Below are positions 27,723 to 38,247 of a stretch of 61,678 nt of DNA, one piece after another; positions within the stretch are counted from its first letter, which is position 1; every line of letters begins with the position of its first letter. Under the pieces are notes generated by a model. That model was not told the origin of the DNA and ran no database searches. It saw only the letters and a program-made list of their open reading frames with translations. This stretch comes from Pseudomonadota bacterium (GTDB taxonomy: Bacteria; Pseudomonadota; Gammaproteobacteria; Francisellales; CACEW01), in the NCBI GenBank assembly GCA_021848625.1, contig JAJZUD010000003.1, positions 1 to 61,678 of the forward strand. The letters run 5' to 3'. The translations under genes and the position numbers were made by a program.

Positions 27723-28735
27723 ATTTTAGCTTGGATCTCCTTGGGATTCCGATAGGCCAAGGCGATGGATCGACGATCAATTTGTTTCAAGCGCTTTAAG
27801 GCGTGATTGAGTGCTGATTCTGGAAAATGTGCTGCAATAGCCAGGCAGGCTTTGACCCATTGATGCAGACGCTCCTCACGCCGTAGAAAATCTAAATTTT
27901 TGAAGAGATCTAGCTGCAAAGTGGGAGTCAATTGTGGAAAGATCAGGCCAGCTGGAAAATACTTTTCAACCAAATCCCGTAATTCAGCAAAAGCTTTTGG
28001 GGAAACCCTGAGATAAGGGCCTTCGTGCGCCACTGCAGCGTAACGAATCACCGGGTCTGTGGTCAGCGTTTTAGCGCGAATCAGTGCAGCCATGCCCGCT
28101 GCTGATAATTGAGGAAACAGTACCGAAAGCAGATTGATTTCTTGAAGGGTCTTAAAAAATAATTCAGGATAATCCGTATCCAGTGCTTTTAAAATTTCCT
28201 GCCAGATGCGTTCATCTGAAAGTTCAGCAATCGCATTTTGCATGACCATGTCTTGCATCAAATGCAAAGTCTCGGGGGCAATTTGAAAGTCAAAACGACC
28301 CAGATAAGCCCGGAGGCGGGCAGCACGCAAGATCCGCAAAGGGTCTTCAGAAAAAGCAGGGGAAACATGCCGTAAAATACGGTTTTGCAAATCTGCTTGA
28401 CCGTGAAAAGGGTCGATCAATTGACCGGATTCATCTTGGGCCATCGCATTGATGGTCAAGTCTCGCCGCGAAAGGTCTGCTTCTAAAGTGACTGTTTCAT
28501 CTGCATGAAAAGTAAAGCCTTGATGGCCTTTAGCTGTTTTACGCTCAGTGCGGGCGAGGGCATATTCTTCATGGGTTTTAGGATGTAAAAAAACAGGGAA
28601 ATCGCGGCCAACGGGTTTGAAGCCTTGGGCAAGCATTTGCTCCGGATTGGCGCCAACAACCATGAAATCGCGCTCCCGAACCGGGAGTGATAGCAGGGCA
28701 TCTCTCACTGCGCCGCCGACTAGGAAAGTTTGCAT
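27680..28735 (-). CDS. cca: tRNA nucleotidyltransferase (CCA-adding enzyme, short form lacking an intact HD domain)
   Basis: LVGGAVRDALL, GRDFPVFLHP..EEYALARTERK, DLSRRDLTINAMA, EDPLRILR; 351 aa. Confidence 0.95.
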   Translation of the reverse strand: MQTFLVGGAVRDALLSLPVRERDFMVVGANPEQMLAQGFKPVGRDFPVFLHPKTHEEYALARTERKTAKGHQGFTFHADETVTLEADLSRRDLTINAMAQDESGQLIDPFHGQADLQNRILRHVSPAFSEDPLRILRAARLRAYLGRFDFQIAPETLHLMQDMVMQNAIAELSDERIWQEILKALDTDYPELFFKTLQEINLLSVLFPQLSAAGMAALIRAKTLTTDPVIRYAAVAHEGPYLRVSPKAFAELRDLVEKYFPAGLIFPQLTPTLQLDLFKNLDFLRREERLHQWVKACLAIAAHFPESALNHALKRLKQIDRRSIALAYRNPKEIQAKIYTTELNALLSESR

Positions 28736-28843
28736 AAAAAGAGCCTTCGCCTCATACTCCTCCTGCTGATGGATTCATCATAACACGTCTCGCAGATCTT
28801 TGACAGACAGGCGCAAATTATCATCGAGACGCATTTTAAATCC

Positions 28844-28872
28844 CCTGTCAAAAAATCCTGTCAAAAAATCCT
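28844..28872. repeat. Perfect 13-bp tandem repeat CCTGTCAAAAAAT x2 (+CCT)
   Basis: 28844-28856 and 28857-28869 are identical and lie immediately upstream of the rpsB -35 box. Confidence 0.85.
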
Positions 28873-28900
28873 TGAGCAGAATCACAATTTATGATATAAA
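28872..28900 (+). promoter_or_regulatory. rpsB promoter (extended -10)
   Basis: -35 TTGAGC (28872-28877), 17-bp spacer, TGaTATAAA with -10 at 28895-28900. Confidence 0.7.
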
Positions 28901-28936
28901 GTGCTGTCTTGTTTGACAAGGCATAAAAGTCGCAGT

Positions 28937-29007
28937 CTATCCAATGACAGTCTTGTAGGGTGCCCATAAGGGGTTACAAGCTGGGATAGCTGTTTGTTTA
29001 GCAACCC
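28937..29007 (+). ncRNA. rpsB leader (S2 autoregulatory / t44-type cis-regulatory RNA)
   Basis: Stem CTATCC/GGATAG and CTTGTA/TACAAG with a bulged GGGT, and a downstream AACCC able to pair with it. This is the known architecture of gammaproteobacterial rpsB leaders. Confidence 0.7.
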
Positions 29008-29023
29008 TAAAAGGAGTGAAATC

Positions 29024-30034
29024 ATGTCCCAAATCACCATGCGTGAGATGTTTGAAGCCGGTGTCCATTTTGGTCACCAAAAGCGGTTCTGGAATCCCAA
29101 GATGAAGCAATATATCTTCGGTGATCGTCATAAAATTCATATTATCGATTTAGAGCAAACAGTTGTGCTCTACCAAGAAGCAGTCAATTTTTTAAGTAAA
29201 GTCGCATCTAAGAAAGGTAAAATCCTGTTTGTGGGCACCAAAAAAGCTGCGCAAGAAGTCATTAAGGAAGAAGCAACTCGTGCAGGTATGCCCTATGTCA
29301 ATCATCGCTGGTTGGGCGGAATGTTGACCAACTATAAAACAGTGCGTCAGTCCATTAAGCGCTTGAAAGATTTTGAGAAAATGCAAGAAGAGGGCTTGTT
29401 TGATCGCTTAAGCAAAAAAGAAGCCTTGATGAAACAGCGTGAAATGGAAAAATTAGAACGTTGTTTTGGTGGGATTAAAAACATGGGCGGCTTGCCTGAT
29501 GTCTTGTTTGTGATTGACACCGGTTACGAAGATATTGCGATTGAAGAAGCGCGCCGTATCGGAATCCCCGTTGTGGCGGTTGTAGACACCAATAGCAGTC
29601 CTGATGATATTGACTACATTATCCCTGGAAATGATGATGCGATTCGTGCCATCAAGTTGTACATGAAAGGGATTGTGGACGCCGTTTTGCATGCAAAAGA
29701 ATTAGCCCTCACTGCCGCTGCAGATAAAGAAAAACCTGAAGATGCAGCAGAAAAACCTAAAGCAAAAGCCAAGGTAAAAGCCGCGTCTGAAGAAAAACCA
29801 GAGGTCAGCGCAAAGGCAGAAGAAGTCAAGGCAGAAGAAAAGCCCAAGGCCAAAGCAAAAACTAAAACTGCTGAAGAAAAAGTGAGTGTAGAACAGGAAG
29901 AAACTGAAAAGCCAAAAGCCAAAGCGAAAGCCGCAAAACTTGCAGCAGCAGAAGAAAGTGAAGCCAAGCCTAAAGCAAAAGCCAAGAGCGCTACAAAGGC
30001 AAGCAGCAAAGCTAAAACCGTAGAGAAGGAATAA
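29024..30034 (+). CDS. rpsB: 30S ribosomal protein S2 with long Lys/Ala/Glu-rich C-terminal extension
   Basis: [39 protein letters not shown] 29024 follows AAGGAG. Confidence 0.99.
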   Translation: MSQITMREMFEAGVHFGHQKRFWNPKMKQYIFGDRHKIHIIDLEQTVVLYQEAVNFLSKVASKKGKILFVGTKKAAQEVIKEEATRAGMPYVNHRWLGGMLTNYKTVRQSIKRLKDFEKMQEEGLFDRLSKKEALMKQREMEKLERCFGGIKNMGGLPDVLFVIDTGYEDIAIEEARRIGIPVVAVVDTNSSPDDIDYIIPGNDDAIRAIKLYMKGIVDAVLHAKELALTAAADKEKPEDAAEKPKAKAKVKAASEEKPEVSAKAEEVKAEEKPKAKAKTKTAEEKVSVEQEETEKPKAKAKAAKLAAAEESEAKPKAKAKSATKASSKAKTVEKE

Positions 30035-30040
30035 ACGAGA

Positions 30041-30922
30041 ATGGCAGAAATTAGTGCACAATTAGTCAAAGAGCTAAGAGAAAGAACCGGCGCCGGCATG
30101 ATGGAATGTAAAAAAGCCTTAGTGTCGACCGGGGGCGATATTGAAAAAGCCGTAGATGAAATGCGTAAGTCTGGTCAGGCTAAGGCTGATAAAAAAGCCG
30201 GGCGTGTCGCTGCAGAAGGCCTGGTTCATATCGTCTTGAGCGATGATCGCAAAGAAATCTTGATGATTGAAGTCAATTGCGAGACCGACTTTGTCGCGCG
30301 TGATTATAACTTCATCGAGTTTGTAGGCCATGTTGCTAAACGTGCGCTTAAGGCAGGTAAAGAAGTGATTGCAGATATCAGCGCTCTGGCACTTGAAGCA
30401 GGCTCTAGTATTGATGAAGCGCGCAAAGAGCTCATCACTAAGATCGGTGAAAATGTGTCTTTGCGCCGTGCTTTACACCTAAAATCGTCACATCATCTGG
30501 GGCACTACATTCACGGTGGTCGCATTGGGGTTGTGGTGGAGCTTCAAGGTGGTGATGAAGCCTTGGCCAAAGACATTGCTATGCATATTGCAGCCTCGAA
30601 CCCCTTGGTGATTTCAGGGGAAGATTTGCCACCTGAAGTCTTAGCCAAAGAACGCGAGATCTTTACCGCACAAACCAAAGAAAGCGGCAAACCCGCAGAC
30701 ATCGTTGAAAAGATGGTTGAAGGCCGGATGCGTAAGTATTTGGAGGAAGTGAGCTTGCTTGGACAAGCATTTGTCAAAGATCCCAACATCAGTGTGGCCA
30801 ATTTGTTGAAACAGCATCAAGCTAAAGTCCTGCGTTTTGTCCGCTTTACCGTTGGGGAAGGGATTGAAAAGCAAGAAACTGACTTCGTTGCTGAAGTCAT
30901 GGCGTATGCACAAGCAAAATAA
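30041..30922 (+). CDS. tsf: Elongation factor Ts
   Basis: [29 protein letters not shown]. Confidence 0.99.
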   Translation: MAEISAQLVKELRERTGAGMMECKKALVSTGGDIEKAVDEMRKSGQAKADKKAGRVAAEGLVHIVLSDDRKEILMIEVNCETDFVARDYNFIEFVGHVAKRALKAGKEVIADISALALEAGSSIDEARKELITKIGENVSLRRALHLKSSHHLGHYIHGGRIGVVVELQGGDEALAKDIAMHIAASNPLVISGEDLPPEVLAKEREIFTAQTKESGKPADIVEKMVEGRMRKYLEEVSLLGQAFVKDPNISVANLLKQHQAKVLRFVRFTVGEGIEKQETDFVAEVMAYAQAK

Positions 30923-30932
30923 GGAAGAGCGT

Positions 30933-31640
30933 GTGAAAAAATCAACACGTGTTCTATTAAAATTAAGTGGGGAAGCTTTTTCCGATGGGGAGGCTTCCCT
31001 TTCTGTATCCAGGTTCCATGCGGTGGTCGATGAATTACTACAAGGTGCAGCAGCCGGAGTAGAAATCGCGATTGTCGTCGGTGGGGGTAATTTCTTACGT
31101 GGTGCCAGCATTGAAAATGCCTTGTTGCACCGAGTTACCGCAGACCAAATGGGGATTTTAGCCACTGTTTTAAATGGCTTAGCCTTGCGCGATGCCATTG
31201 AAGCGCGAGGTGGTGAGGCGGAACTCATGTCTGCTTTACCGATTGAAGGGGTGGTTGATGCTTTTGATTATCGTTTAGCTCGCAAAGCTTTGACTCAAAA
31301 GAAAATCGTCATTTTTGCGGGGGGGACGGGTAATCCTTTTGTTACGACAGATTCAGCAGCGAGTTTGCGTGCAGTAGAGATTGGCGCATCCAGCTTGCTC
31401 AAAGCGACGAAGGTCGATGGGGTCTATGATCGTGATCCACATCACTTTCCTGATGCGCAGCTTTTTTCACATTTGAGTTTTGCTGAAGTGCTCCAAAAAG
31501 AATTGGCGGTGATGGATTTGGCTGCATTTTGCCAATGTCGAGATTATAATATCGCCATTCAGGTATTTAATTTGTTTAAGCCAGGTGCGCTCAGTCGAGT
31601 GCTTTTGGGGCATACAGAAGGGACGATTGTTTACAATTAA
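30933..31640 (+). CDS. pyrH: UMP kinase
   Basis: RVLLKLSGEA, VGGGNFLRG, GTGNPFVTTDSAASLRAVEI, KATKVDGVY. GTG start at 30933 after AAGGAAG. Confidence 0.97.
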   Translation: MKKSTRVLLKLSGEAFSDGEASLSVSRFHAVVDELLQGAAAGVEIAIVVGGGNFLRGASIENALLHRVTADQMGILATVLNGLALRDAIEARGGEAELMSALPIEGVVDAFDYRLARKALTQKKIVIFAGGTGNPFVTTDSAASLRAVEIGASSLLKATKVDGVYDRDPHHFPDAQLFSHLSFAEVLQKELAVMDLAAFCQCRDYNIAIQVFNLFKPGALSRVLLGHTEGTIVYN

Positions 31641-31652
31641 AGAGAGGCTGTT

Positions 31653-32207
31653 ATGAGTGATCCATTAAAAGATGCAGAATTGCGGATGAGCAAAAGCATC
31701 GAAACTTTGAAAAATGAATTCCACAAAATCAGGACTGGAAGTGCGCATCCTTCACTACTTGAGCATATCAAAGTCACTTCGTATGGAAGTGAGGTTCCTC
31801 TCTCACAGGTTGCAAATATTACGATTGGAGATGCGCGGACTTTGGTCATCACGCCTTGGGATAAGAATATGGTGAGTGTGATTGAAAAGGCTATTTATAC
31901 TTCGGACTTAGGTTTAAACCCAGTTGTGGCTGGACAAATCATGCGTGTACCCCTCCCTCCTTTAACTGAAGAGCGTCGTCGTGATTTGGCAAAAGTGGTG
32001 AAAGCGGAGGCAGAAACCGCGCGTGTAGCTATCCGCAATATTCGTCGTGATGTTTTGCAGCAGTTTAAAGATGCGCAGAAAAATAAAGAAATTACCGAAG
32101 ATGAACTCAAAAAAATAGAAGAGAAAGTGCAAAAGCTCACTGACAAGGTGGGCGCTGATATTGATCGTTTAGCACTTGAGAAAGAAAAAGACTTGATGTC
32201 TATTTAA
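31653..32207 (+). CDS. frr: Ribosome recycling factor
   Basis: IRTGSAHPSLL, PPLTEERRRDL, RVAIRNIRRD. Confidence 0.98.
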   Translation: MSDPLKDAELRMSKSIETLKNEFHKIRTGSAHPSLLEHIKVTSYGSEVPLSQVANITIGDARTLVITPWDKNMVSVIEKAIYTSDLGLNPVVAGQIMRVPLPPLTEERRRDLAKVVKAEAETARVAIRNIRRDVLQQFKDAQKNKEITEDELKKIEEKVQKLTDKVGADIDRLALEKEKDLMSI

Positions 32208-32218
32208 GGCGAAGCGTC

Positions 32219-32938
32219 ATGGAAAAAGGCAGCTTACCTCGACATATTGCCCTCATTATGGATGGCAATGGGCGTTGGGCAAAAAAGCGGTTAATGCCTA
32301 GGGTCATGGGGCATCGTCAGGGTAAGAATACGCTCAAAGCGTTGATTCAGCATTGTGGTCGCCTGGGGATCGAAATTTTAACGGTCTATGCCTTTAGTAG
32401 CGAGAATTGGCAACGTCCTGATGAGGAAGTCAGCTTTTTAATGAAGCTATTTTTGGAGTCGCTTCAAGAAGAATTGCGCGAGATGCATCACAATGGCATG
32501 AGAGTGAATTTCATTGGGGATGTCAGTGTTTTTTCGACTGCCTTGCAAGAAATAATGGCCAAAGCCGAGGCGCTGACAGCCAAAAATCAAGGGATGATTT
32601 TTAACATAGCGGTGAATTATGGCGCCCGGGCCGAAATTTTGCGTGCTGCGAAAGAGGTGGTGTCAGAGATTGAGGCCGGATGCCTTGATTTAGCACAGTT
32701 GAGTGAAGCGCAGTTTGAGCAATTTTTATATACTAAAGGGCTGCCCGACCCAGATTTATTGATCCGTACCAGTGGGGAGTCACGCATTAGCAATTTTTTA
32801 CTCTGGCAATGCGCCTACACAGAACTTTATTTTACTGATACACTGTTTCCAGACTTCAAGCCTGCGCAACTCGATCAAGCATTAGAGTGGTACGCTGGAC
32901 GTGAGCGACGTTACGGTAAAATATCGGAGCAAATTTGA
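32219..32938 (+). CDS. uppS: Undecaprenyl diphosphate synthase
   Basis: PRHIALIMDGNGRWA, YAFSSENWQRP, DLLIRTSGESRISNFLLWQ. Confidence 0.98.
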   Translation: MEKGSLPRHIALIMDGNGRWAKKRLMPRVMGHRQGKNTLKALIQHCGRLGIEILTVYAFSSENWQRPDEEVSFLMKLFLESLQEELREMHHNGMRVNFIGDVSVFSTALQEIMAKAEALTAKNQGMIFNIAVNYGARAEILRAAKEVVSEIEAGCLDLAQLSEAQFEQFLYTKGLPDPDLLIRTSGESRISNFLLWQCAYTELYFTDTLFPDFKPAQLDQALEWYAGRERRYGKISEQI

Positions 32939-33741
32939 TGCAAAAACATTGGGCGAGAATTAAAACTGGGTTGTTCCTTGGTCTCTTGTCTATTGTGAGT
33001 ATTTTCTTTTTTCCCAATTGGCTGTTTTTTATTTTGTGTGGTGGGGTGATTTCGGCCGCTTTTTGGGAGTTTTTAAATTTAATTGGGTATCATACATTGG
33101 CTAAAAAAGGCCTCGGCATGGTCATTTTTTGGGCTTTAACCGCGTTGATGTTGCAGCATCGCCAAGGCACTTTTTATCTTGCTGTGATCGGCTGGATTTT
33201 GGCGGCTGTTTTGATTTTTGTTCCTTTGCCGCGCTTGGCGTTTTTTAAGAAAGGGTGGCTCCAGCTTTGTGTGGGTGTTTTAATGCTAGCACCTGCCTGG
33301 GTTGCTTTCGTGGAGGTGCATCAGCACTGGCGCACTCTGGTTTTTTATCTCATCATGCTGATTTGTTTTGCTGATACAGGCGCTTATTTTGTGGGAACCG
33401 CAATGGGTCGGCATAAACTGCTACCCAAAGTGAGTCCAAAAAAGTCAGTGGAAGGTTTGATTGGAGGCTTGATTATCGGCGATCTTGCGGGCTTATCTGT
33501 GGTGTTATTTCTGCCTCATTGGGGTGGGATTTCGCTGCGGCTGTGGGGGATTGCAGGGGTGATTTTGATTTTAGTTTCAGTGTTAGGGGATTTATTTGAA
33601 AGTTTACTTAAACGGCTTTATGATGCCAAGGACAGTGGCAGTCTTTTGCCGGGGCATGGAGGGTTGTTGGATCGCATGGATAGCTTGTGTGCCGCAGCGC
33701 CGTTCTTTGTTTTGTTTTGCTATGCAACGCATTTAATTTAG
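32938..33741 (+). CDS. cdsA: Phosphatidate cytidylyltransferase
   Basis: ADTGAYF, SPKKSVEG, GDLFESLLKR..KDSG.LLPGHGGLLDRMDS; TGATG overlap with uppS. Confidence 0.97.
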   Translation: MQKHWARIKTGLFLGLLSIVSIFFFPNWLFFILCGGVISAAFWEFLNLIGYHTLAKKGLGMVIFWALTALMLQHRQGTFYLAVIGWILAAVLIFVPLPRLAFFKKGWLQLCVGVLMLAPAWVAFVEVHQHWRTLVFYLIMLICFADTGAYFVGTAMGRHKLLPKVSPKKSVEGLIGGLIIGDLAGLSVVLFLPHWGGISLRLWGIAGVILILVSVLGDLFESLLKRLYDAKDSGSLLPGHGGLLDRMDSLCAAAPFFVLFCYATHLI

Positions 33742-33749
33742 GAGTGAGC

Positions 33750-34301
33750 ATGAGCCACTTTATGCCCCAGGATCTCGATTGTCAGCGTGCAGCTAAAGAA
33801 CAGCGCGTGTTTCAAGGCAGTATGCCCATTGCCAGTTTTGAGCGTTGGGCTGAGCTTTTGCTACAACCTCAGGGCGAAGTCCAGTATGCGTGGCGTTTTT
33901 TTGAAAATGAGGCCAAGCAGTGTCTTGCTTCATTAAAATTGCGTGCAGTGGTTCAGTTAACCTGCCAGCGTTGTAACGAACCTTTTTTATTTGAGATTGA
34001 TGCTTGTGTTGAGATGCAGCAAGTTTTAACAGAAAAAGAAGCAGAGCAGTTGCCTTTAGCAATTCAGCCTTTATACACCAACGCATTGCACCATATCGAG
34101 CCACATACAGTCATGGAAGACGAGTTGATCTTAGCGTTACCGATGTTTCCAATGCATGAAAAAAAAGATTGTTCTTTGTCAGAGAATCAGGCATACTATG
34201 CCTCTTCCGAGGTGGAACAAAATCATACCTATAAAGCTTTTGCTGGTTTAGATCGGTTGGCGAATTTAAAGGAGAAAAAAAGTGGCAGTTCAACAAAATA
34301 A
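33750..34301 (+). CDS. yceD: DUF177/YceD family protein
   Basis: [22 protein letters not shown], position before rpmF. ATG 33750 follows AGGAG. Confidence 0.9.
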   Translation: MSHFMPQDLDCQRAAKEQRVFQGSMPIASFERWAELLLQPQGEVQYAWRFFENEAKQCLASLKLRAVVQLTCQRCNEPFLFEIDACVEMQQVLTEKEAEQLPLAIQPLYTNALHHIEPHTVMEDELILALPMFPMHEKKDCSLSENQAYYASSEVEQNHTYKAFAGLDRLANLKEKKSGSSTK

Positions 34302-34464
34302 AAAATCTCGTTCGCGTCGCGATATGCGTCGTGGTCACGATGGGCTGACAGCGCGTAATGTTTCAGTTGATGCATCAACCGGCGAAACGCATTTGCGTCA
34401 TCATGTGACCCCAGGCGGGTTCCACAAGGGACGTCGTCTGGTTGCTAAAAAATCTGAAGACTAA
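34282..34464 (+). CDS. rpmF: 50S ribosomal protein L32 (Cys-free form)
   Basis: [20 protein letters not shown]...HLRHHV; GTG start. Confidence 0.98.
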   Translation: MAVQQNKKSRSRRDMRRGHDGLTARNVSVDASTGETHLRHHVTPGGFHKGRRLVAKKSED

Positions 34465-34476
34465 GTTAGGATCATC

Positions 34477-35517
34477 ATGGCCGTCATTGCAATTGATGCG
34501 ATGGGAGGGGATCATGGAGTGCGCTCCACAATTCCAGGTGCGTTGGATGCACTCAAAAAACACCCTGATCTGAAGTTGATTTTGGTCGGCAATGAAACAC
34601 TGATTCGTAAAAGATTAAAACAGCTTAAAGCAGCAGCGCACCCGCGTCTTGAAATTCAACATGCAAGTGAAGTGGTTGAAATGGACGAAGCTCCGGCTCA
34701 GGCGCTGCGCAATAAAAAAGACTCTTCCATGCGGGTCGCAATTAATTTGGTTAAGGAAGGGCGGGCGGGGGCTTGTGTCAGCAGCGGTAATACTGGTGCA
34801 CTGATGGCGACCTCGCGTTTTGTGCTCAAGACTTTGCCGGGGATTGATCGACCTGCGATTATTTATGGCATGCCTGGAATTAATCCTAAAACGGGTGAGC
34901 GGGTGATCACTCATATGCTTGATCTGGGTGCTAATGTGGACTGTACCAGTGATCATCTCTTTCAATTTGCTCTGATGGGGTCGATTCGGACTGCTTTTGT
35001 AGACCATGTCAAAAAACCACGCGTTGCTTTGCTCAATATAGGTGAAGAGGAAATGAAAGGCCTAGAAGTCATCAAAGAAACCGCCCGACGTTTGGCTGAC
35101 TGTGCGGAGATCAATTATATTGGCTTTGTTGAAGGCAATGATATCTTTTGGAATAAAGCGGATGTCATTGTATGTGATGGATTTATTGGTAATATTTCCT
35201 TAAAAACCATGGAAGGCGTGGCAAAGATGATTTCTTTTGTCGTTAAAGAAGCCTTTAGCTGCAGCCTGCTTTCAAAATTTTTGGCGGTCTTATCTTATCC
35301 TGTATTGCGTAAGATTAAAAATAAAATGGATCCACGCTATTACAACGGGGCTAGTTTCTTGGGTTTAAAAGGGATTGTCATTAAAAGCCATGGCGGTGCG
35401 GATGAGTTGGCTTTCTCGATGGCCATTTCAGTCGCTGTGGAGGAAGTGGCGGAGAACATTCCCGGACGCATTCATGATCAAATTGCTGCGGTATTAGGGC
35501 CTACTGATGAGCGCTAA
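34477..35517 (+). CDS. plsX: Phosphate acyltransferase
   Basis: IAIDAMGGDHG, SSGNTGALM, LDLGANVD, KSHGGAD. Confidence 0.98.
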   Translation: MAVIAIDAMGGDHGVRSTIPGALDALKKHPDLKLILVGNETLIRKRLKQLKAAAHPRLEIQHASEVVEMDEAPAQALRNKKDSSMRVAINLVKEGRAGACVSSGNTGALMATSRFVLKTLPGIDRPAIIYGMPGINPKTGERVITHMLDLGANVDCTSDHLFQFALMGSIRTAFVDHVKKPRVALLNIGEEEMKGLEVIKETARRLADCAEINYIGFVEGNDIFWNKADVIVCDGFIGNISLKTMEGVAKMISFVVKEAFSCSLLSKFLAVLSYPVLRKIKNKMDPRYYNGASFLGLKGIVIKSHGGADELAFSMAISVAVEEVAENIPGRIHDQIAAVLGPTDER

Positions 35518-36469
35518 AATTGCAGGGGTGGGTGCCTATCTTCCCAAGCGAATTCTCACCAATGCTGAAATTTCTCAATTTGTTGACACCAGCGATGCCT
35601 GGATTCAGGAGCGTGTGGGTATTCGTGAACGTCGGATTGCCGAAGGGCATGAGACCAACGCGTTTATGGCTACAGAAGCGGCCGGAGCAGCGCTCTTGCA
35701 TGCCAATTTGACTCCGGCAGATTTGGACTTAATCATTGTGGCTACCTCAACGCCCGATCATATGATGCCTGGGGTCGCCTGTGCTGTTCAGGCTGCACTG
35801 GGGGCAAAATGTCCAGCGTTTGATTTAAATGCAGCTTGTGGTGGGTTTATTTATGGCTTGCATACCGTCAAGCAGTTTTTTGATGCGGGTAGTGTCAGGC
35901 ATGTCTTATTGATTGGTTCTGAGCTGATGTCTCGCATTATCGATTGGCAAGATCGATCAACTTGTGTCTTGTTTGGGGATGGTGCAGGAGCGGTAGTTCT
36001 GTCTGCTACAGAAACAGGAGGGATTTTGGCTTCTCATATCTTTGCTGAGGGCTTGCATCGCGATTTACTCTACGTTTCCCCGCATTTACGCGCTGAGGCT
36101 TTTGCTGAGGCCTGTCCAGTCCCTAAACTGAAAATGGAAGGAAACAAAGTCTTTCGTTTTGCGGTGGAAAAGTTGGGTGAGGTGGTGGAGTTTATCCTCA
36201 AGGAAGCTGGCTGCACGCGTGATGAAATTGATTTTTTAGTCCCCCATCAAGCTAATGCACGCATTATTGCAGCAACTGCCAAAAAACTAAATCTATCCAT
36301 GGACAAGGTGATTTTAACTTTGGGACATCATGGTAATACCATGTCTGCGACGATTCCTTTGGCTTTGGCAGAGGCTGTTCATGCTGGCAAAATACAACGT
36401 GGTGATTTATTATTATTTGAAGCCTTTGGTGCGGGTTTTGTGTGGGGTGCCAGCTTAGTCCGGTATTAA
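35507..36469 (+). CDS. fabH: 3-oxoacyl-ACP synthase III
   Basis: Catalytic triad AACGGF, VPHQAN, HGNT; FGDGAGA. Confidence 0.97.
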   Translation: MSAKIAGVGAYLPKRILTNAEISQFVDTSDAWIQERVGIRERRIAEGHETNAFMATEAAGAALLHANLTPADLDLIIVATSTPDHMMPGVACAVQAALGAKCPAFDLNAACGGFIYGLHTVKQFFDAGSVRHVLLIGSELMSRIIDWQDRSTCVLFGDGAGAVVLSATETGGILASHIFAEGLHRDLLYVSPHLRAEAFAEACPVPKLKMEGNKVFRFAVEKLGEVVEFILKEAGCTRDEIDFLVPHQANARIIAATAKKLNLSMDKVILTLGHHGNTMSATIPLALAEAVHAGKIQRGDLLLFEAFGAGFVWGASLVRY

Positions 36470-36507
36470 TACCCAATACCCCAAACTATTCAGTTCAAGG
36501 AGTAAAA

Positions 36508-37440
36508 ATGATTGCCTTTGTTTTCCCTGGGCAGGGTTCGCAGAAGTTGCAGATGTTGCAAGAGTTTTATGCTGAAAACTCAGTGAAAGAAACTTTTACT
36601 GAGGCAAGTGATGCTTTGGGTTGGGATGTACTGCAACTCATTTGTCAAGATGAAGTGCGCTTGAATCAAACTGAATTTACTCAACCCGCAATTTTGGCAG
36701 CCAGTGTGGCATTATATCGTCTCTGGATTCAGGAAACAGGGTTTATTCCGCATTATTTGGCGGGGCATAGTTTAGGTGAATATACCGCTTTGGTGGTCGC
36801 AGAAACATTGCGCTTTTCCGATGCTTTGAAGTTAGTACATCTGCGTGGTCAGTTGATGCAAAAAGCGGTGCCAGCGGGGCAAGGAGCGATGGCGGCTATT
36901 TTGGGCTTAGATGACCAAGGCGTCATTGAGGCATGCCGTGAAGCAGCACAGGGTGAAATCGTTGCTGCGGCTAATTTTAATGCGCCAGGACAAGTGGTCA
37001 TTGCAGGTGAAGTACTGGCTGTGGCGCGTGCGATGGAAACGGCAAAATCAATGGGGGCCAAACGTGCTTTGGCTTTGCCTGTGTCCGTTCCTTCTCATTG
37101 CTTGTTGATGCAAGAGGCAGCCGAAAATTTGGCACAGTATTTGGAGTCAATCCCTGTTTCGGCCCCGAAAATTCCAGTTGTGCATAATGTAGATGCAGGA
37201 TTACACGCTGAGCCTACTGATATTAAAAAAGCGCTGGTTCAACAATTAGACCAGCCGGTATTATGGGTCAAATGTGTACAAACTTTAGAGGCTTTGGGTG
37301 TTAACACTTTTGTGGAGTGTGGTCCAGGCAAAGTCTTAACCGGATTAAATAAGCGCATTAGTGCGGAAGGGGTCTGTTTTAGCCTAGAAGATCGAGCTGG
37401 ATTTTTAGAAGGGAGAAATGCAACATGGATAAAAAAATAG
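36508..37440 (+). CDS. fabD: Malonyl-CoA:ACP transacylase
   Basis: FVFPGQGSQ, GHSLGEY, VSVPSHC. ATG 36508 follows AAGGAG. Confidence 0.98.
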   Translation: MIAFVFPGQGSQKLQMLQEFYAENSVKETFTEASDALGWDVLQLICQDEVRLNQTEFTQPAILAASVALYRLWIQETGFIPHYLAGHSLGEYTALVVAETLRFSDALKLVHLRGQLMQKAVPAGQGAMAAILGLDDQGVIEACREAAQGEIVAAANFNAPGQVVIAGEVLAVARAMETAKSMGAKRALALPVSVPSHCLLMQEAAENLAQYLESIPVSAPKIPVVHNVDAGLHAEPTDIKKALVQQLDQPVLWVKCVQTLEALGVNTFVECGPGKVLTGLNKRISAEGVCFSLEDRAGFLEGRNATWIKK

Positions 37441-38153
37441 CCTGGGTGACCGGGGCAACGCGTGGCATTGGCGCTGCGATTGCAGAGACTTTGGCGATAA
37501 AAGGCTTTTATGTCATTGGAACAGCCACGCGTGAAGAAGGAGCCCTGGAGATCAGTAAAAAATTAGGTTCCAAGGGAGAGGGGCAGGTTCTGAATATTGC
37601 TGAGGCAGAGAATATTCAGGCCTTTATCAAAACCATGCAAGAGGCAGAAAAAATGCCTGCTGTGCTTGTCAATAATGCGGGGATTACGCGCGATAATTTG
37701 TTAATGCGCATGTCTGAGGAGGATTGGCTTTCTGTTGTAAATACTAATTTAACTTCGATTTTTAGATTAACCAAGGCGTGCTTGCGTTCAATGATGAAAG
37801 CAGAATGGGGGCGGATTATTTCATTAGGGTCTGTTGTTGGGACAACAGGCAATCCAGGTCAAGCTAACTACTGTGCGGCCAAAGCTGGGCTGATTGGTTT
37901 TAGTAAATCTTTGGCACAGGAAATTGGTTCGCGCAATATTACCGTGAATGTAGTGGCCCCTGGTTTTATTGAGACAGATATGACCAATCAGTTGAAAGAA
38001 GAATATCGCCAAATTTTGATCGACCGCATTCCTTTGAAGCGCATTGGCTCTCCCAAAGATATTGCCCACATGGTGGCTTTTTTAGCTTCGGATGAAGCTG
38101 GGTATGTCACGGGCCAAACTTTGCATGTGAATGGCGGGATGGCGATGATTTAG
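37425..38153 (+). CDS. fabG: 3-oxoacyl-ACP reductase
   Basis: [28 protein letters not shown]. Confidence 0.98.
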   Translation: MDKKIAWVTGATRGIGAAIAETLAIKGFYVIGTATREEGALEISKKLGSKGEGQVLNIAEAENIQAFIKTMQEAEKMPAVLVNNAGITRDNLLMRMSEEDWLSVVNTNLTSIFRLTKACLRSMMKAEWGRIISLGSVVGTTGNPGQANYCAAKAGLIGFSKSLAQEIGSRNITVNVVAPGFIETDMTNQLKEEYRQILIDRIPLKRIGSPKDIAHMVAFLASDEAGYVTGQTLHVNGGMAMI

Positions 38154-38247
38154 CCTGCACTCGTCTTGCATCGGACCTTTCTTATTTTCAGGCTTTTTGC
38201 TACACTTGTTCAGAATGAGGTCAAAAATGGAAGTAAGGTTTAAATTG

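Noticed and set aside
28660-28700. CCA enzyme catalytic motif reads ERD rather than DRD
   Set aside because: A conservative acidic substitution with all other motifs intact; not evidence of inactivation.
29614-30099. Antisense ORFs of 161 and 119 aa with hydrophobic or Phe/Cys repeats
   Set aside because: They are shadows of the low-complexity Lys/Ala/Glu tail of rpsB.
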